From an uncultured bacterium (GTDB taxonomy: Bacteria > Krumholzibacteriota > Krumholzibacteriia > Krumholzibacteriales > Krumholzibacteriaceae): a stretch of DNA of 64,000 nucleotides. The position numbers and the translations under genes were made by a program. Where the stretch lies: NCBI GenBank assembly GCA_963786935.1, contig CAWBAN010000002.1, positions 449,849 to 513,848 on the forward strand, read 5' to 3'. Positions 47,736 to 56,281 of the stretch are shown piece by piece (positions within the stretch are counted from its first letter, which is position 1; each line of letters opens with the position of its first letter). The notes beneath the pieces were generated by a model, which saw only the letters and a list, made by a program, of their open reading frames with translations, did not search any database and was not told where the DNA came from.

Positions 47736-48413
47736 ATGAAAGCGAAAACCGCTCTGCTCGCGGTTCTGGTCGTGACGGTCGCGGCGATGCCCGTATGGGC
47801 TCAGCGCCGCCCGCCGCGAGGCGGCCAATCGGGCTGGGGTTTGCAGGAGCAGCAGCACCGGATCGAAATCCTCGGCTATGGAGGCTACCTGTGGAGCGAT
47901 GGCATCGATGTATCCTATGGCTCCCTGTACGGCACGGCCGACGTCGAGAGCGGGGAGATCTGGGGCATCGAGGCGGATGTCAACGTCCGGCCCGGCGCGC
48001 AACTGGTCTTGCTCTACAATCGCATGGATTCGGAACTGACGTTCGAGCAGAACGGAGGTCTCCCGGAGGTCGCGGGCGATATCGCGATCGAGTACTGGCA
48101 GATCGGCGGTTTGGGGGGCGTGCAGCGGGGGAATGTCATGCCGTTCACGATGGTCACGCTGGGCGGAGCCCGGATCATACCGGGATTCGAAGGAACCGAA
48201 GAGGACGTATGGAAGTTCTCCATGATTCTGGGGCTCGGCGCCAAATTCTACGTCAACGAACGCATGGGGATCCGCGTGCAGGGACGGCTTCCGTGGATTC
48301 TCACCGGCGGCGGCGGCTCGGTCGGCTGCGGTTCCGGCGGATGCTACTCGTCGGTGGGGGGATGGGGGATCATTCAAGCGGATGTATCGGGCGGTCTGTT
48401 CATAATGTTCTAG
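47736..48413 (+). CDS. Outer membrane beta-barrel protein
   Basis: Signal peptide, IEILGYGGY, LGLGAKFY, terminal GLFIMF; AAGGAG SD. Confidence 0.75.
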   Translation: MKAKTALLAVLVVTVAAMPVWAQRRPPRGGQSGWGLQEQQHRIEILGYGGYLWSDGIDVSYGSLYGTADVESGEIWGIEADVNVRPGAQLVLLYNRMDSELTFEQNGGLPEVAGDIAIEYWQIGGLGGVQRGNVMPFTMVTLGGARIIPGFEGTEEDVWKFSMILGLGAKFYVNERMGIRVQGRLPWILTGGGGSVGCGSGGCYSSVGGWGIIQADVSGGLFIMF

Positions 48414-48456
48414 AGGTTCGTCACCCGATGATGACGGAACGAGGAGGTCGTGTCCT

Positions 48457-49500
48457 ATGAGTTCTCGTCGATTCATGGTGTGGGGGCTTCTCGTCGCGTC
48501 GCTCGGGATGATTCTCCTGAGCGGATGCTCGACGTTCAAGGGCTCCCGTCAGTTGAGTATGGCGCCCTTCGCGGAGAACACCGGGGTCATGTTCGCGGAA
48601 GCCGCGAAGGTGAGCAGGCCATTTCAATTCAAGAATCTCCGGCCCTACACGTCCCTGCCGGAATTTCAAGAGAGCCGGCAGCAAGCCATGCCGGTGCTGA
48701 GAGCGCTTCGAAGCGTCGTATACTACTCCAATCAGATCGTGGCGATCGGCAACTCGAAGCTGTCTGAATCGGACAAGAATCGGCAGCTTGCGCGCTATCT
48801 CCAGGAAGTGCTGAACGCCTCCGCCAATCAGGCGGCTCTCGACAGCCTTGGCCTCGACAAGGCGTCGGTCCAAACCGTTCTCGCGAGCATACGCGACAGC
48901 AAGACGTACCTCGACGGCCTCGGCGCGGCGGGACCGATCATCAACGCTATCGTTATGGCGATGCAGGACATGCTGGATAAGCTCCAGCAGACCGTCATTC
49001 CTTCCACCGAAAGCGCGCTTGACCGCGCGATCGAAGGCGATTTCCACGAGACGCGGACGAACTACACGAATCTGAAGGGAACGCAGGCGCGTTCGATGCG
49101 CGCGCTGAACCTTTTGTACGAGGCGCGAATGGGCGATCGGGCGGCGCTGGATACGCTCCTGAGCGAAGATGCATCGGTGAAGAGCTTTATCCCGTCGGCG
49201 CAGAAGGCGACGGAGAAAGACATGGCGTCGGCGGAACAGTACCTGCTCGATCGATTGGCGGGGATCAACATCGTGCTCCATCAGCTCGACTACGACCTCG
49301 CGGCCTACAAGGCGAAGCAGGATGAGCTGGGCGCATGGCGATACGAAATCGACGAAAGAATCAAGATCGCGCGAAACGCGATGGCCGTCTGGTCGCAGTC
49401 GCACCGGAATCTCGGGGCCGGCATACCCGTGCCGCCGCTGATCGACGTTCAGGGGATGGCCGGCAGTCTTGTCGGAGGCGCGGTGAAAACCGTTTTCTAG
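48457..49500 (+). CDS. Helical lipoprotein of unknown function
   Basis: Lipobox LSGC; predominantly coiled-coil-like sequence; GAGGAGG SD. Confidence 0.7.
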   Translation: MSSRRFMVWGLLVASLGMILLSGCSTFKGSRQLSMAPFAENTGVMFAEAAKVSRPFQFKNLRPYTSLPEFQESRQQAMPVLRALRSVVYYSNQIVAIGNSKLSESDKNRQLARYLQEVLNASANQAALDSLGLDKASVQTVLASIRDSKTYLDGLGAAGPIINAIVMAMQDMLDKLQQTVIPSTESALDRAIEGDFHETRTNYTNLKGTQARSMRALNLLYEARMGDRAALDTLLSEDASVKSFIPSAQKATEKDMASAEQYLLDRLAGINIVLHQLDYDLAAYKAKQDELGAWRYEIDERIKIARNAMAVWSQSHRNLGAGIPVPPLIDVQGMAGSLVGGAVKTVF

Positions 49501-49507
49501 GCTGAAG

Positions 49508-50176
49508 CTAGAAGTAGAGGTTGAGGGTCAGGCCCGCGGAGCCGAACCACGCGGTGTCGACGATCGTTTCGCCGATGTCGAAGTAGTTGATCGCGGAGAC
49601 CAGTCCGGCGGCGAAGTTGTCCGTTATCCAGAACTCGTAGCCGACCTCGCCGACCGCACCCACGCCCCACTCGTCGACGCGCTCGCCCTTCTCCTGCTTG
49701 CCGCCCTCGACGATCTCGACCTCGGCCGTGCCCGTCCATCCGACCCCCGCGCCGGCGCGGAGGTAGAGGCCCCCCCAGGGACCTTCCGGTCTGCCGGGGA
49801 AGAAGGTGGCCGCGAGCGCGACGTTCTGGAGGCTCCGGCGGTGCTTGGTGGGGACCTCGCCGTACTCGATGAACCAGGCGTCCCAGTTGACGCCGATCAT
49901 GGCGCGTTGGCCGAGCATCCGCCCGAAGCGTATCTGGGGGCTCACGCCGTTGCGGTATCCGCTCTCGACGCCCGCGGGGTCGACGAAGGTGCCCCGGCCG
50001 ATACCGAGCCCCACGCCCGCCATCCAATCGGGGCGGGGATGATAGCGCAGGGCGTCCGCGTCCGTCGCGAAAAAGACGACGGCGGCGGCGACGAGAATCA
50101 GCGCGCGGGCGGTGGAACGAAACAAAGAACCCTCCTTCACCGAAGGACCGTTCGAACGTGACCGAGCATACTTCAC
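49508..50176 (-). CDS. Outer membrane beta-barrel protein
   Basis: Signal peptide, WMAGVGLGIG, GEVGYEF, terminal LNLYF; start uncertain. Confidence 0.65.
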   Translation of the reverse strand: MKYARSRSNGPSVKEGSLFRSTARALILVAAAVVFFATDADALRYHPRPDWMAGVGLGIGRGTFVDPAGVESGYRNGVSPQIRFGRMLGQRAMIGVNWDAWFIEYGEVPTKHRRSLQNVALAATFFPGRPEGPWGGLYLRAGAGVGWTGTAEVEIVEGGKQEKGERVDEWGVGAVGEVGYEFWITDNFAAGLVSAINYFDIGETIVDTAWFGSAGLTLNLYF

Positions 50177-50244
50177 GCGGCGTGATCAGGCAAGCTGAAT
50201 CTACATTCTCCGATTCGCATTTTTTGCGAGGAACGTTTTATTGA

Positions 50245-50285
50245 GTTGCCGATTCTGCGCGGGTCGTGCTAGATTGCTCAATATG
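50245..50285 (+). promoter_or_regulatory. Promoter module B (TTGCCG-18-TAGATT with extended-10 TG, then 7 nt, then ATG), probably leaderless
   Basis: 32/41 identical to 36214-36254; no SD. Confidence 0.6.
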
Positions 50286-51758
50286 GCTATCCGGATGCGC
50301 ATATGCTTGGTTCTCGCGGCGGCGCTGATCGCGGCGGGTTTCGCCCCGGCGGCGCGCGCGGCGGATGCTCAGGCGTACTCGGTGTTCGGCACGCTGCTTC
50401 TCGAGGAGCCTTCCGCTCCCGCGGATGCCGGAATGGCGGGGGCCGCCGGGGATAGTCTGCGCTCGCCCGAGTCGTACCAGATGAAACACCGCTTCCTGCG
50501 CACCGCGACCGACGTCCTGCTGGCGAACTATGTCCAGTGGGCGTTTTGCCGCTACGTCCGCGAGGGAGGCACGCTCGCCGAGTTCCGCATCAGCTGGGAG
50601 TCGATTGCGGAGAATCTGAAGGCCGGGCTCGAGTGGGACGACAACAACTTCTCCACCAACCAATTCAACCACCCGTTCGCGGGAAGCCTCTATTTCACGA
50701 GTGCCCGCGCGAACGGCTATGATTACTGGGAGTCCATTCCCTTTGCGTTCGCGGGGAGCTGGCACTGGGAGTACATGTGCGAGGCGAACCACGGCGCGTT
50801 CAACGACTGGATCAATACGTCGGTGGGGGGCGTCGCCCTCGGCGAAGCGCTCTTCCGCCTGTCGACGATGGTCCTCGACAACACGGCGACGGGGAACGGC
50901 CGCGTCATGCGGGAGATCGGGGCCTTCGTCCTGACTCCGACTCGCGGATTCAATCGTCTGATCACCGGCGAGGCCTTCGAAGTGCACGCCAATCCCCCCG
51001 ATCGCTTCCCCGCGTACGGCGGGATGCAGCTCGACGTGGGGGCGCGTGTCCTCGGCGACGAGCGGCTGTGGCAGGCGGCGTCCGCGAAGCTTTTCTTCCG
51101 CTTCGCGGCGACCCACGGAGATCCGTTCCGCGAAGAAATGAAGCGTCCGTTCGACCATTTCAAGTTCGTCTTCCACGTGAACCACGAAAACAAGCCGCAC
51201 TCGATCGCGCAGATCACGACCGTGGGCTATCTGTTCGGAAGCGAAGTGAGCCGAAGCGAGCGCGCGCAGCATATTCTCGCCGCGTACCAGCATAGCGACT
51301 ACGTGGACAACGAGGCCTTCACCTACGGGGCCCAGTCGTTCGGGGCGAGCTTCCTCTCGCGCTTCGTGACGGAGCGCGGGTTCGAGACGCGCACCGAGTT
51401 CCACACGAACGCGATCATCCTGGGGGCGTCCAAGTCGGATTACTTCAGCATCTCGGGGCGCGAGTACGATTACGGATCGGGATTCGGCTACAAGTTCAAC
51501 GCGTCGTTCGGCCGCGGCGGGCGCGAGTACTTCTCGCTCGGGCACTCGGGCGCATATATCTACTCGCTCAGCGGCAACGACGCCCAGCACTTTCTCAATA
51601 CGACCTATCTGCGGGCGTCGGTTCCCATCCGCGACTATTTCGTATTCGGATCCGAATACGTGGTCTATCTCGCGGACCGGCGGTACGCCGACTACCCCGA
51701 TGTCAACACGCGCAATCCCGAGCTGCGCGCCTACGTCTCATGGATCCTCGACAAGTGA
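50283..51758 (+). CDS. DUF3943-domain outer membrane protein
   Basis: WDDNNFSTNQFNHPFAGSLYF..ARANG, WEY..E, ND.INT..GG..LGE. Confidence 0.8.
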   Translation: MAIRMRICLVLAAALIAAGFAPAARAADAQAYSVFGTLLLEEPSAPADAGMAGAAGDSLRSPESYQMKHRFLRTATDVLLANYVQWAFCRYVREGGTLAEFRISWESIAENLKAGLEWDDNNFSTNQFNHPFAGSLYFTSARANGYDYWESIPFAFAGSWHWEYMCEANHGAFNDWINTSVGGVALGEALFRLSTMVLDNTATGNGRVMREIGAFVLTPTRGFNRLITGEAFEVHANPPDRFPAYGGMQLDVGARVLGDERLWQAASAKLFFRFAATHGDPFREEMKRPFDHFKFVFHVNHENKPHSIAQITTVGYLFGSEVSRSERAQHILAAYQHSDYVDNEAFTYGAQSFGASFLSRFVTERGFETRTEFHTNAIILGASKSDYFSISGREYDYGSGFGYKFNASFGRGGREYFSLGHSGAYIYSLSGNDAQHFLNTTYLRASVPIRDYFVFGSEYVVYLADRRYADYPDVNTRNPELRAYVSWILDK

Positions 51759-52636
51759 TTTCCGCCGCCCTCATGGCGGGATGTCTCCTGGTATCCGGCG
51801 CGGACGCCCGCGCGGAGCTCGCGACGACCGACCCCGGGCTTTTCCCCCCGCCCGCCCGCAACGCCGTCACGTTCTGGGGACACGCATGCTGCTACATCGA
51901 CGTCGACGGCTTCGGGATCGTCACGGACCCCGTTTTCGAGAGGACCGCGGGGGTGCGGCGCCGCAGGGTGGGAGCGCCGCCGCCCGAAAGCTACGGCGGC
52001 GCGCGCGTCGTCCTGATCTCGCACGCCCACGTCGATCACCTGAGCCCGAAGACGCTCACCGCGTTTCCGCCCGGGACGGTCGTGCTCTGTCCGCCGCCGG
52101 TCGCCGGTCGCATCGACACGCTCCGTTTCGATGTGCGCGTGATGAAGCCCGGCGAAGCCTATTCATACCCCGGGGGGCGCATCGTCGCCGTGGCCGCCCT
52201 CCATGGGGGCGGACGCTGGAGCCTCAGGGGAAAGGCCGATGGGCGGGCCCTCGGATGGGTGATCGAAACGCCTCGCGGAACCGTCTTCCTCAGCGGGGAT
52301 ACGAGCTACTTCGGGGGGTTTGCGGAGGTCGGAAGCAGGTACCGCCCCGATGTCGCGATTATCAACGTCAACGGACATCTCCGCTCGACGGATGCCGTCT
52401 CGGCCGCCCTCGACACCCGCGCGCGATTCGTGATTCCCGTGCACTTCGGAGTCTATGGATGGCTCGGCCTCGGCGAGCCCAAGAATCCCCGCGATTACGA
52501 GGAGCTGGAGCGGGCTCTCGGACCGGTCCTCGTCAAGCTGGGGCTGGGCGAGAGCTTCCCGCTCCCCGGCGTCGCGCCGGCGGGGAATGAGATCCCGCGC
52601 GAGCCCGATTCGGTCCGCACGGGGGGTATCAAATGA
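51740..52636 (+). CDS. MBL-fold metallo-hydrolase (NAPE-PLD/UlaG-like)
   Basis: WGHA, TDPVF, ISHAHVDH, SGDT, IPVHFG. Confidence 0.85.
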   Translation: MDPRQVISAALMAGCLLVSGADARAELATTDPGLFPPPARNAVTFWGHACCYIDVDGFGIVTDPVFERTAGVRRRRVGAPPPESYGGARVVLISHAHVDHLSPKTLTAFPPGTVVLCPPPVAGRIDTLRFDVRVMKPGEAYSYPGGRIVAVAALHGGGRWSLRGKADGRALGWVIETPRGTVFLSGDTSYFGGFAEVGSRYRPDVAIINVNGHLRSTDAVSAALDTRARFVIPVHFGVYGWLGLGEPKNPRDYEELERALGPVLVKLGLGESFPLPGVAPAGNEIPREPDSVRTGGIK

Positions 52637-53484
52637 GATTTCACGCCGCCATGACGATACCGCTGATCGTCGCGGGGCTGTCGGCGTCGGTCGCTTTTCA
52701 GGGCGCCCCGGGTGGGAGCGCCTGGCGCGAGGCGGTCACCGCGTGGATCGATTCCCTCCCGATCGACGAACGCGCGATCGGCGAGATCGAGCTCTTCGCC
52801 CGCGAGAAACGGCGCGCTTTCGACGACGGCTACGCCGCGCGGCTCGCCGCGGGCATCCGGAGGCTCGTCGGCGCGGACGTCGAGCGGCAGCTCGGGCGGC
52901 TCTCGGAAGGCGTCCGCGCGCCGTTCATCAAGGTCACGATCCTCGATCCGGGCTTCGCCTCCGCCGGAGAAAAACCGGGCGATAACGAGACGGCGAGGGA
53001 ATTCGAGAAGAGCTTCGTCCGCATCGAGGTTCTCGCATTCTTCGCAAACGATACAACCCCGCCGCGGACGGCCCTCGGCATGTATACCGATCCTGAATTC
53101 CGCAAGACGGTTTCGTCCCGGCTCAAGACCGTCTGGAACGAAGGGGAGGAAGTCTGCATCGATATGGGCGGCGTGCAGCTCGTGCTCGATCCCATCAAGT
53201 GCTGCGACCGCGTCGCGGAGATGCACATCGACGGCATTTCCCTTCAGCACGCCCAGACGGTGAGAAACACGGGGGGCGGCGGCTATCAGGCCGTCTTCTT
53301 CAAGGAGAGCCTCAAGACCTTCGTGCGGCTCCCGGACGGGCTCGCGTTCCACTACATCGCCTATACCCGGACGGTCGGCATGGGCGGCATCAAGGGGAAG
53401 ATCGGCCGCGGCAAGATCGAGGAATCCGAGCGGAAGGCCGTCGAAGAGATCGGCCGCAGGCTCGCGGCGCGCGCGGCCAGGTAG
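52633..53484 (+). CDS. Hypothetical exported protein
   Basis: ATGA overlap with the upstream gene, N-terminal hydrophobic leader, normal codon pattern. Confidence 0.6.
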   Translation: MRFHAAMTIPLIVAGLSASVAFQGAPGGSAWREAVTAWIDSLPIDERAIGEIELFAREKRRAFDDGYAARLAAGIRRLVGADVERQLGRLSEGVRAPFIKVTILDPGFASAGEKPGDNETAREFEKSFVRIEVLAFFANDTTPPRTALGMYTDPEFRKTVSSRLKTVWNEGEEVCIDMGGVQLVLDPIKCCDRVAEMHIDGISLQHAQTVRNTGGGGYQAVFFKESLKTFVRLPDGLAFHYIAYTRTVGMGGIKGKIGRGKIEESERKAVEEIGRRLAARAAR

Positions 53485-53533
53485 TTGGCGGAAGGCCGCC
53501 CGCGGATCGAAGACCTCTCTCCCGGATTAGCCC

Positions 53534-53561
53534 TTGCGAAGGCGCGGCATTCCCCTATAAT
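53534..53561 (+). promoter_or_regulatory. Sigma70-type promoter of the DUF5674 pair
   Basis: TTGCGA-16 bp-TATAAT. Confidence 0.5.
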
Positions 53562-53598
53562 CGTCAGAAATCCTTTCGGGCGCGGGAGCAGGAGCATC

Positions 53599-53940
53599 AT
53601 GAAGATAATCGTGCAGCAGGTGAGCGTCGACGAGCTCAATCGCATGGCCGCCGGCATGTTCGGCACCATGGTCAAGGCCGTCGTCGATATCGACAGAGAG
53701 GTTCTCGCGGTCGATGGAGAGCTCCATTCGGATCTGGAGGCCTTGCTGCTCGAAGACGGATCGAGGCAGCAGAGCCTCTGGGGTATCAACCTGTACCCCG
53801 AGATGAAGGGGGACGATTTCATCGAATTCGATTCCATGATCAATATGCGCCCGTCTCAGGGGAATAGAAGCCGCGGCGTCGAGAGCGCGGAGATTCGCCG
53901 CAGGATCATTCAGGTGGTTTCAAAGAGGGTCGCGCGGTGA
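53599..53940 (+). CDS. DUF5674-family protein
   Basis: MVKAVVDI, ELHSDLEALLLEDGS.Q..LWGINLYP, IEFDSMINMRP.QGN.SR; AGGAG SD. Confidence 0.8.
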   Translation: MKIIVQQVSVDELNRMAAGMFGTMVKAVVDIDREVLAVDGELHSDLEALLLEDGSRQQSLWGINLYPEMKGDDFIEFDSMINMRPSQGNRSRGVESAEIRRRIIQVVSKRVAR

Positions 53941-54269
53941 CATACCAGCATCGGGATCTCGCGGCGGGACGCTGGAAGGAATTGCCGCTCTCCGAGCGAA
54001 TGGCGAACATCGGCGGCGAGGTCGAGCGCGCCCTGAGGTGGCGGGAGAAGAACAACGCCGATTACAGTCAAAAGGCGTTTGAACGAGCGCTCGAGCTGAT
54101 CGATCTTTCCCTCGAATATTCCCGGGAGCGATCTCACCTGAAGGAAATCGCCCGCATGCGCGAAGCCCTTGTCGATTACTTCTGCGGCGCGAACGAATTC
54201 AAGTCGACGGAAGTCTCTTGGAAGAAGTACTTTGCGCATTTTACGTATGCCGCACGCCGGAATCGCTGA
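53937..54269 (+). CDS. Helical hypothetical protein coupled to DUF5674
   Basis: GTGA overlap; HRDLAAGRW, MANIGGEVERA, ERALELIDL, KEIARMRE..VDYF. Confidence 0.75.
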   Translation: MTYQHRDLAAGRWKELPLSERMANIGGEVERALRWREKNNADYSQKAFERALELIDLSLEYSRERSHLKEIARMREALVDYFCGANEFKSTEVSWKKYFAHFTYAARRNR

Positions 54270-54351
54270 AAATACCGCACATGCGCGCCGGCGAAACTTC
54301 AACCGCTTCGTCCCCGTATAATAACCGTGATCGAAACCTCAGGGGGATCAT

Positions 54352-56112
54352 ATGAAAGCGGCATGCATTATCGCCTCGATCGTTTCATCGCTCTTATTCA
54401 ATCTGCCGGTCTCGGCGGAGATCGTCGCATTCAAGAACGTCAATCTCGTGCCGATGACCATGGACAAGGTGATTTCCGGACAGACGGTGATCGTCGTCGA
54501 CGGCAAGATCTCGAAGATCGGGCCGACGAAGAAGGTCGCCATTCCGCCCGATGCGCTCGTGATCGACGGCGCCGGGAAATATCTGATGCCGGGGCTCGCC
54601 GACATGCATACCCACGTGAACGACGCGATGTTCGAATATCCCTTTTTCAATCTTTTCCTCGCGAACGGTGTGACGACGATCCGCGACCTCGCGCAGGGCT
54701 CGCCGCCGTCGATCCTGCACTATCGCCGCGAGATCGAAGCAGGCAAACGCCTCGGTCCCTATATGCTCGTGGCATATACGATCTGGGGCAACGAAAAGGA
54801 CATCGCCGGCCTCGTGGCGGGCCAGCGGCCACTCGGGTACGATTGCCTCAAGGTCAACTCGTTCTTCACGCAGGCCGGCTTCGACACCGTCATGCAGAAA
54901 TCGAAGGAGCTCGGGTGGTACACCCTCGGCCACATTCCAACCCTCGTGGGCCTGGATGGAGTCCTCACCGGCGGCATGAACGAGCTCTCGCACATCGAGG
55001 AGCTCATGATATTCGACCTGCTCGATATCGACTACGGTACGGTCACCGACAACGAGTCCTTCGAGCGCGCGCTGCTCGAAGCGTTTCACGCGGCCGCGAA
55101 GCCGTTTCTGACCGCATCCGCCGAAGAGATCAGGGCCGCCTACGGCGATCGCGTCGAGAGAACAGTGGCGAAGTTCAAAGGCAAGGACATCGCGCTCACG
55201 ACGACGGTGTTCATCCATGAAGACACGATGAACAAGCTCCTCGACCTCGAGAAGATCAAGGCGGCCCCGCACGCGAAATACGTCGCGCCGAGCTTCTGGA
55301 AGGATGTCGCCGATGGCGTGGACAAGCATCAGCAGATGGTCGTCAAGGGGGAGGAGCGCGCGTGGTTCCTCGTGTACGAGCTCCAGAACATGCTGCTCAA
55401 AGAGCTCAAGAAAAAGGGCGTCCCGCTCGTCCTCGGCACCGATGTGGGGCCCACGTATCTTTCGCTCGTGCCCGGTTTCTCCGTGCATGACGAGCTGCGG
55501 CTGATCGTCGAGAACGGATTCAGTCCGTATGAAGCGATCTCGCTCGCCACGCGGCGCGCCGGCGAGGTCGCCGGGAAGATGACGGGCAAGAACGATTTTG
55601 GCACAATCGAGCTCGGCAAGCGCGCCGATCTCGTTCTCCTCGAGAAGAATCCTCTCGAAGACGTCGGCAACGCGCGCGATCCTCTCGGCGTCATGGTCGC
55701 AGGGCGCTGGCTGCCGCGCGACACGCTGCAGGCGCTCTGCGCGGTCAAGACGGAGAAGATAGCGGGACAGCTGGAGGCTGCCTATGGGCAGGGAGGAATC
55801 GAGGCCGCGCTCGGCCGGTATCGCGAGATCGCGAACAGCAACTTCCATAATCGGTATTACTACAGCTCGGGGACCTTGAATCAGGCGGGCTACGATCTGC
55901 TGGGCGGGGGCCTTGTCGACGACGCGCTCCGCGTGCTTCGCCTCAACGCCGAGGAATATCCGGAGGACTGGAACTCGTTCGACAGCTACGGCGAGGCCCT
56001 CATGAAGGCGGGACAAAAGGAACGCGCGATCGAGAGCTACGAGCGGGCGCTCGCGCTCGATCCCTCGCAGGAGAATCCGAAAGCGATGCTGCGCGAGCTG
56101 CGGCAGAAGTGA
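54352..56112 (+). CDS. Exported amidohydrolase with C-terminal TPR repeats
   Basis: IDGAGKYLMPGLADMHTH, LANGVTTIRD, LGTD, GKRADLVLLEKNPL; TPR NSFDSYGEAL..YERALALDP. Confidence 0.88.
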   Translation: MKAACIIASIVSSLLFNLPVSAEIVAFKNVNLVPMTMDKVISGQTVIVVDGKISKIGPTKKVAIPPDALVIDGAGKYLMPGLADMHTHVNDAMFEYPFFNLFLANGVTTIRDLAQGSPPSILHYRREIEAGKRLGPYMLVAYTIWGNEKDIAGLVAGQRPLGYDCLKVNSFFTQAGFDTVMQKSKELGWYTLGHIPTLVGLDGVLTGGMNELSHIEELMIFDLLDIDYGTVTDNESFERALLEAFHAAAKPFLTASAEEIRAAYGDRVERTVAKFKGKDIALTTTVFIHEDTMNKLLDLEKIKAAPHAKYVAPSFWKDVADGVDKHQQMVVKGEERAWFLVYELQNMLLKELKKKGVPLVLGTDVGPTYLSLVPGFSVHDELRLIVENGFSPYEAISLATRRAGEVAGKMTGKNDFGTIELGKRADLVLLEKNPLEDVGNARDPLGVMVAGRWLPRDTLQALCAVKTEKIAGQLEAAYGQGGIEAALGRYREIANSNFHNRYYYSSGTLNQAGYDLLGGGLVDDALRVLRLNAEEYPEDWNSFDSYGEALMKAGQKERAIESYERALALDPSQENPKAMLRELRQK

Positions 56113-56170
56113 GGCGCCGCGTCTCGACGCGCACGTGCGACTCACTGCTCTCCATTGCTTCGTTTCTGCT

Positions 56171-56199
56171 TTGACATCGCCTGACTACTTGCTTAGAAT
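56171..56199 (+). promoter_or_regulatory. Near-consensus sigma70 promoter
   Basis: TTGACA-17 bp-TAGAAT upstream of the kinase. Confidence 0.7.
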
Positions 56200-56281
56200 G
56201 TTCTCCAAGCGATCAAATTCGAGCCATATCATTTATTCTCTCCGGAGAGTTCGGGAACGCCGCCCTCGCAAAGGGATCTGC

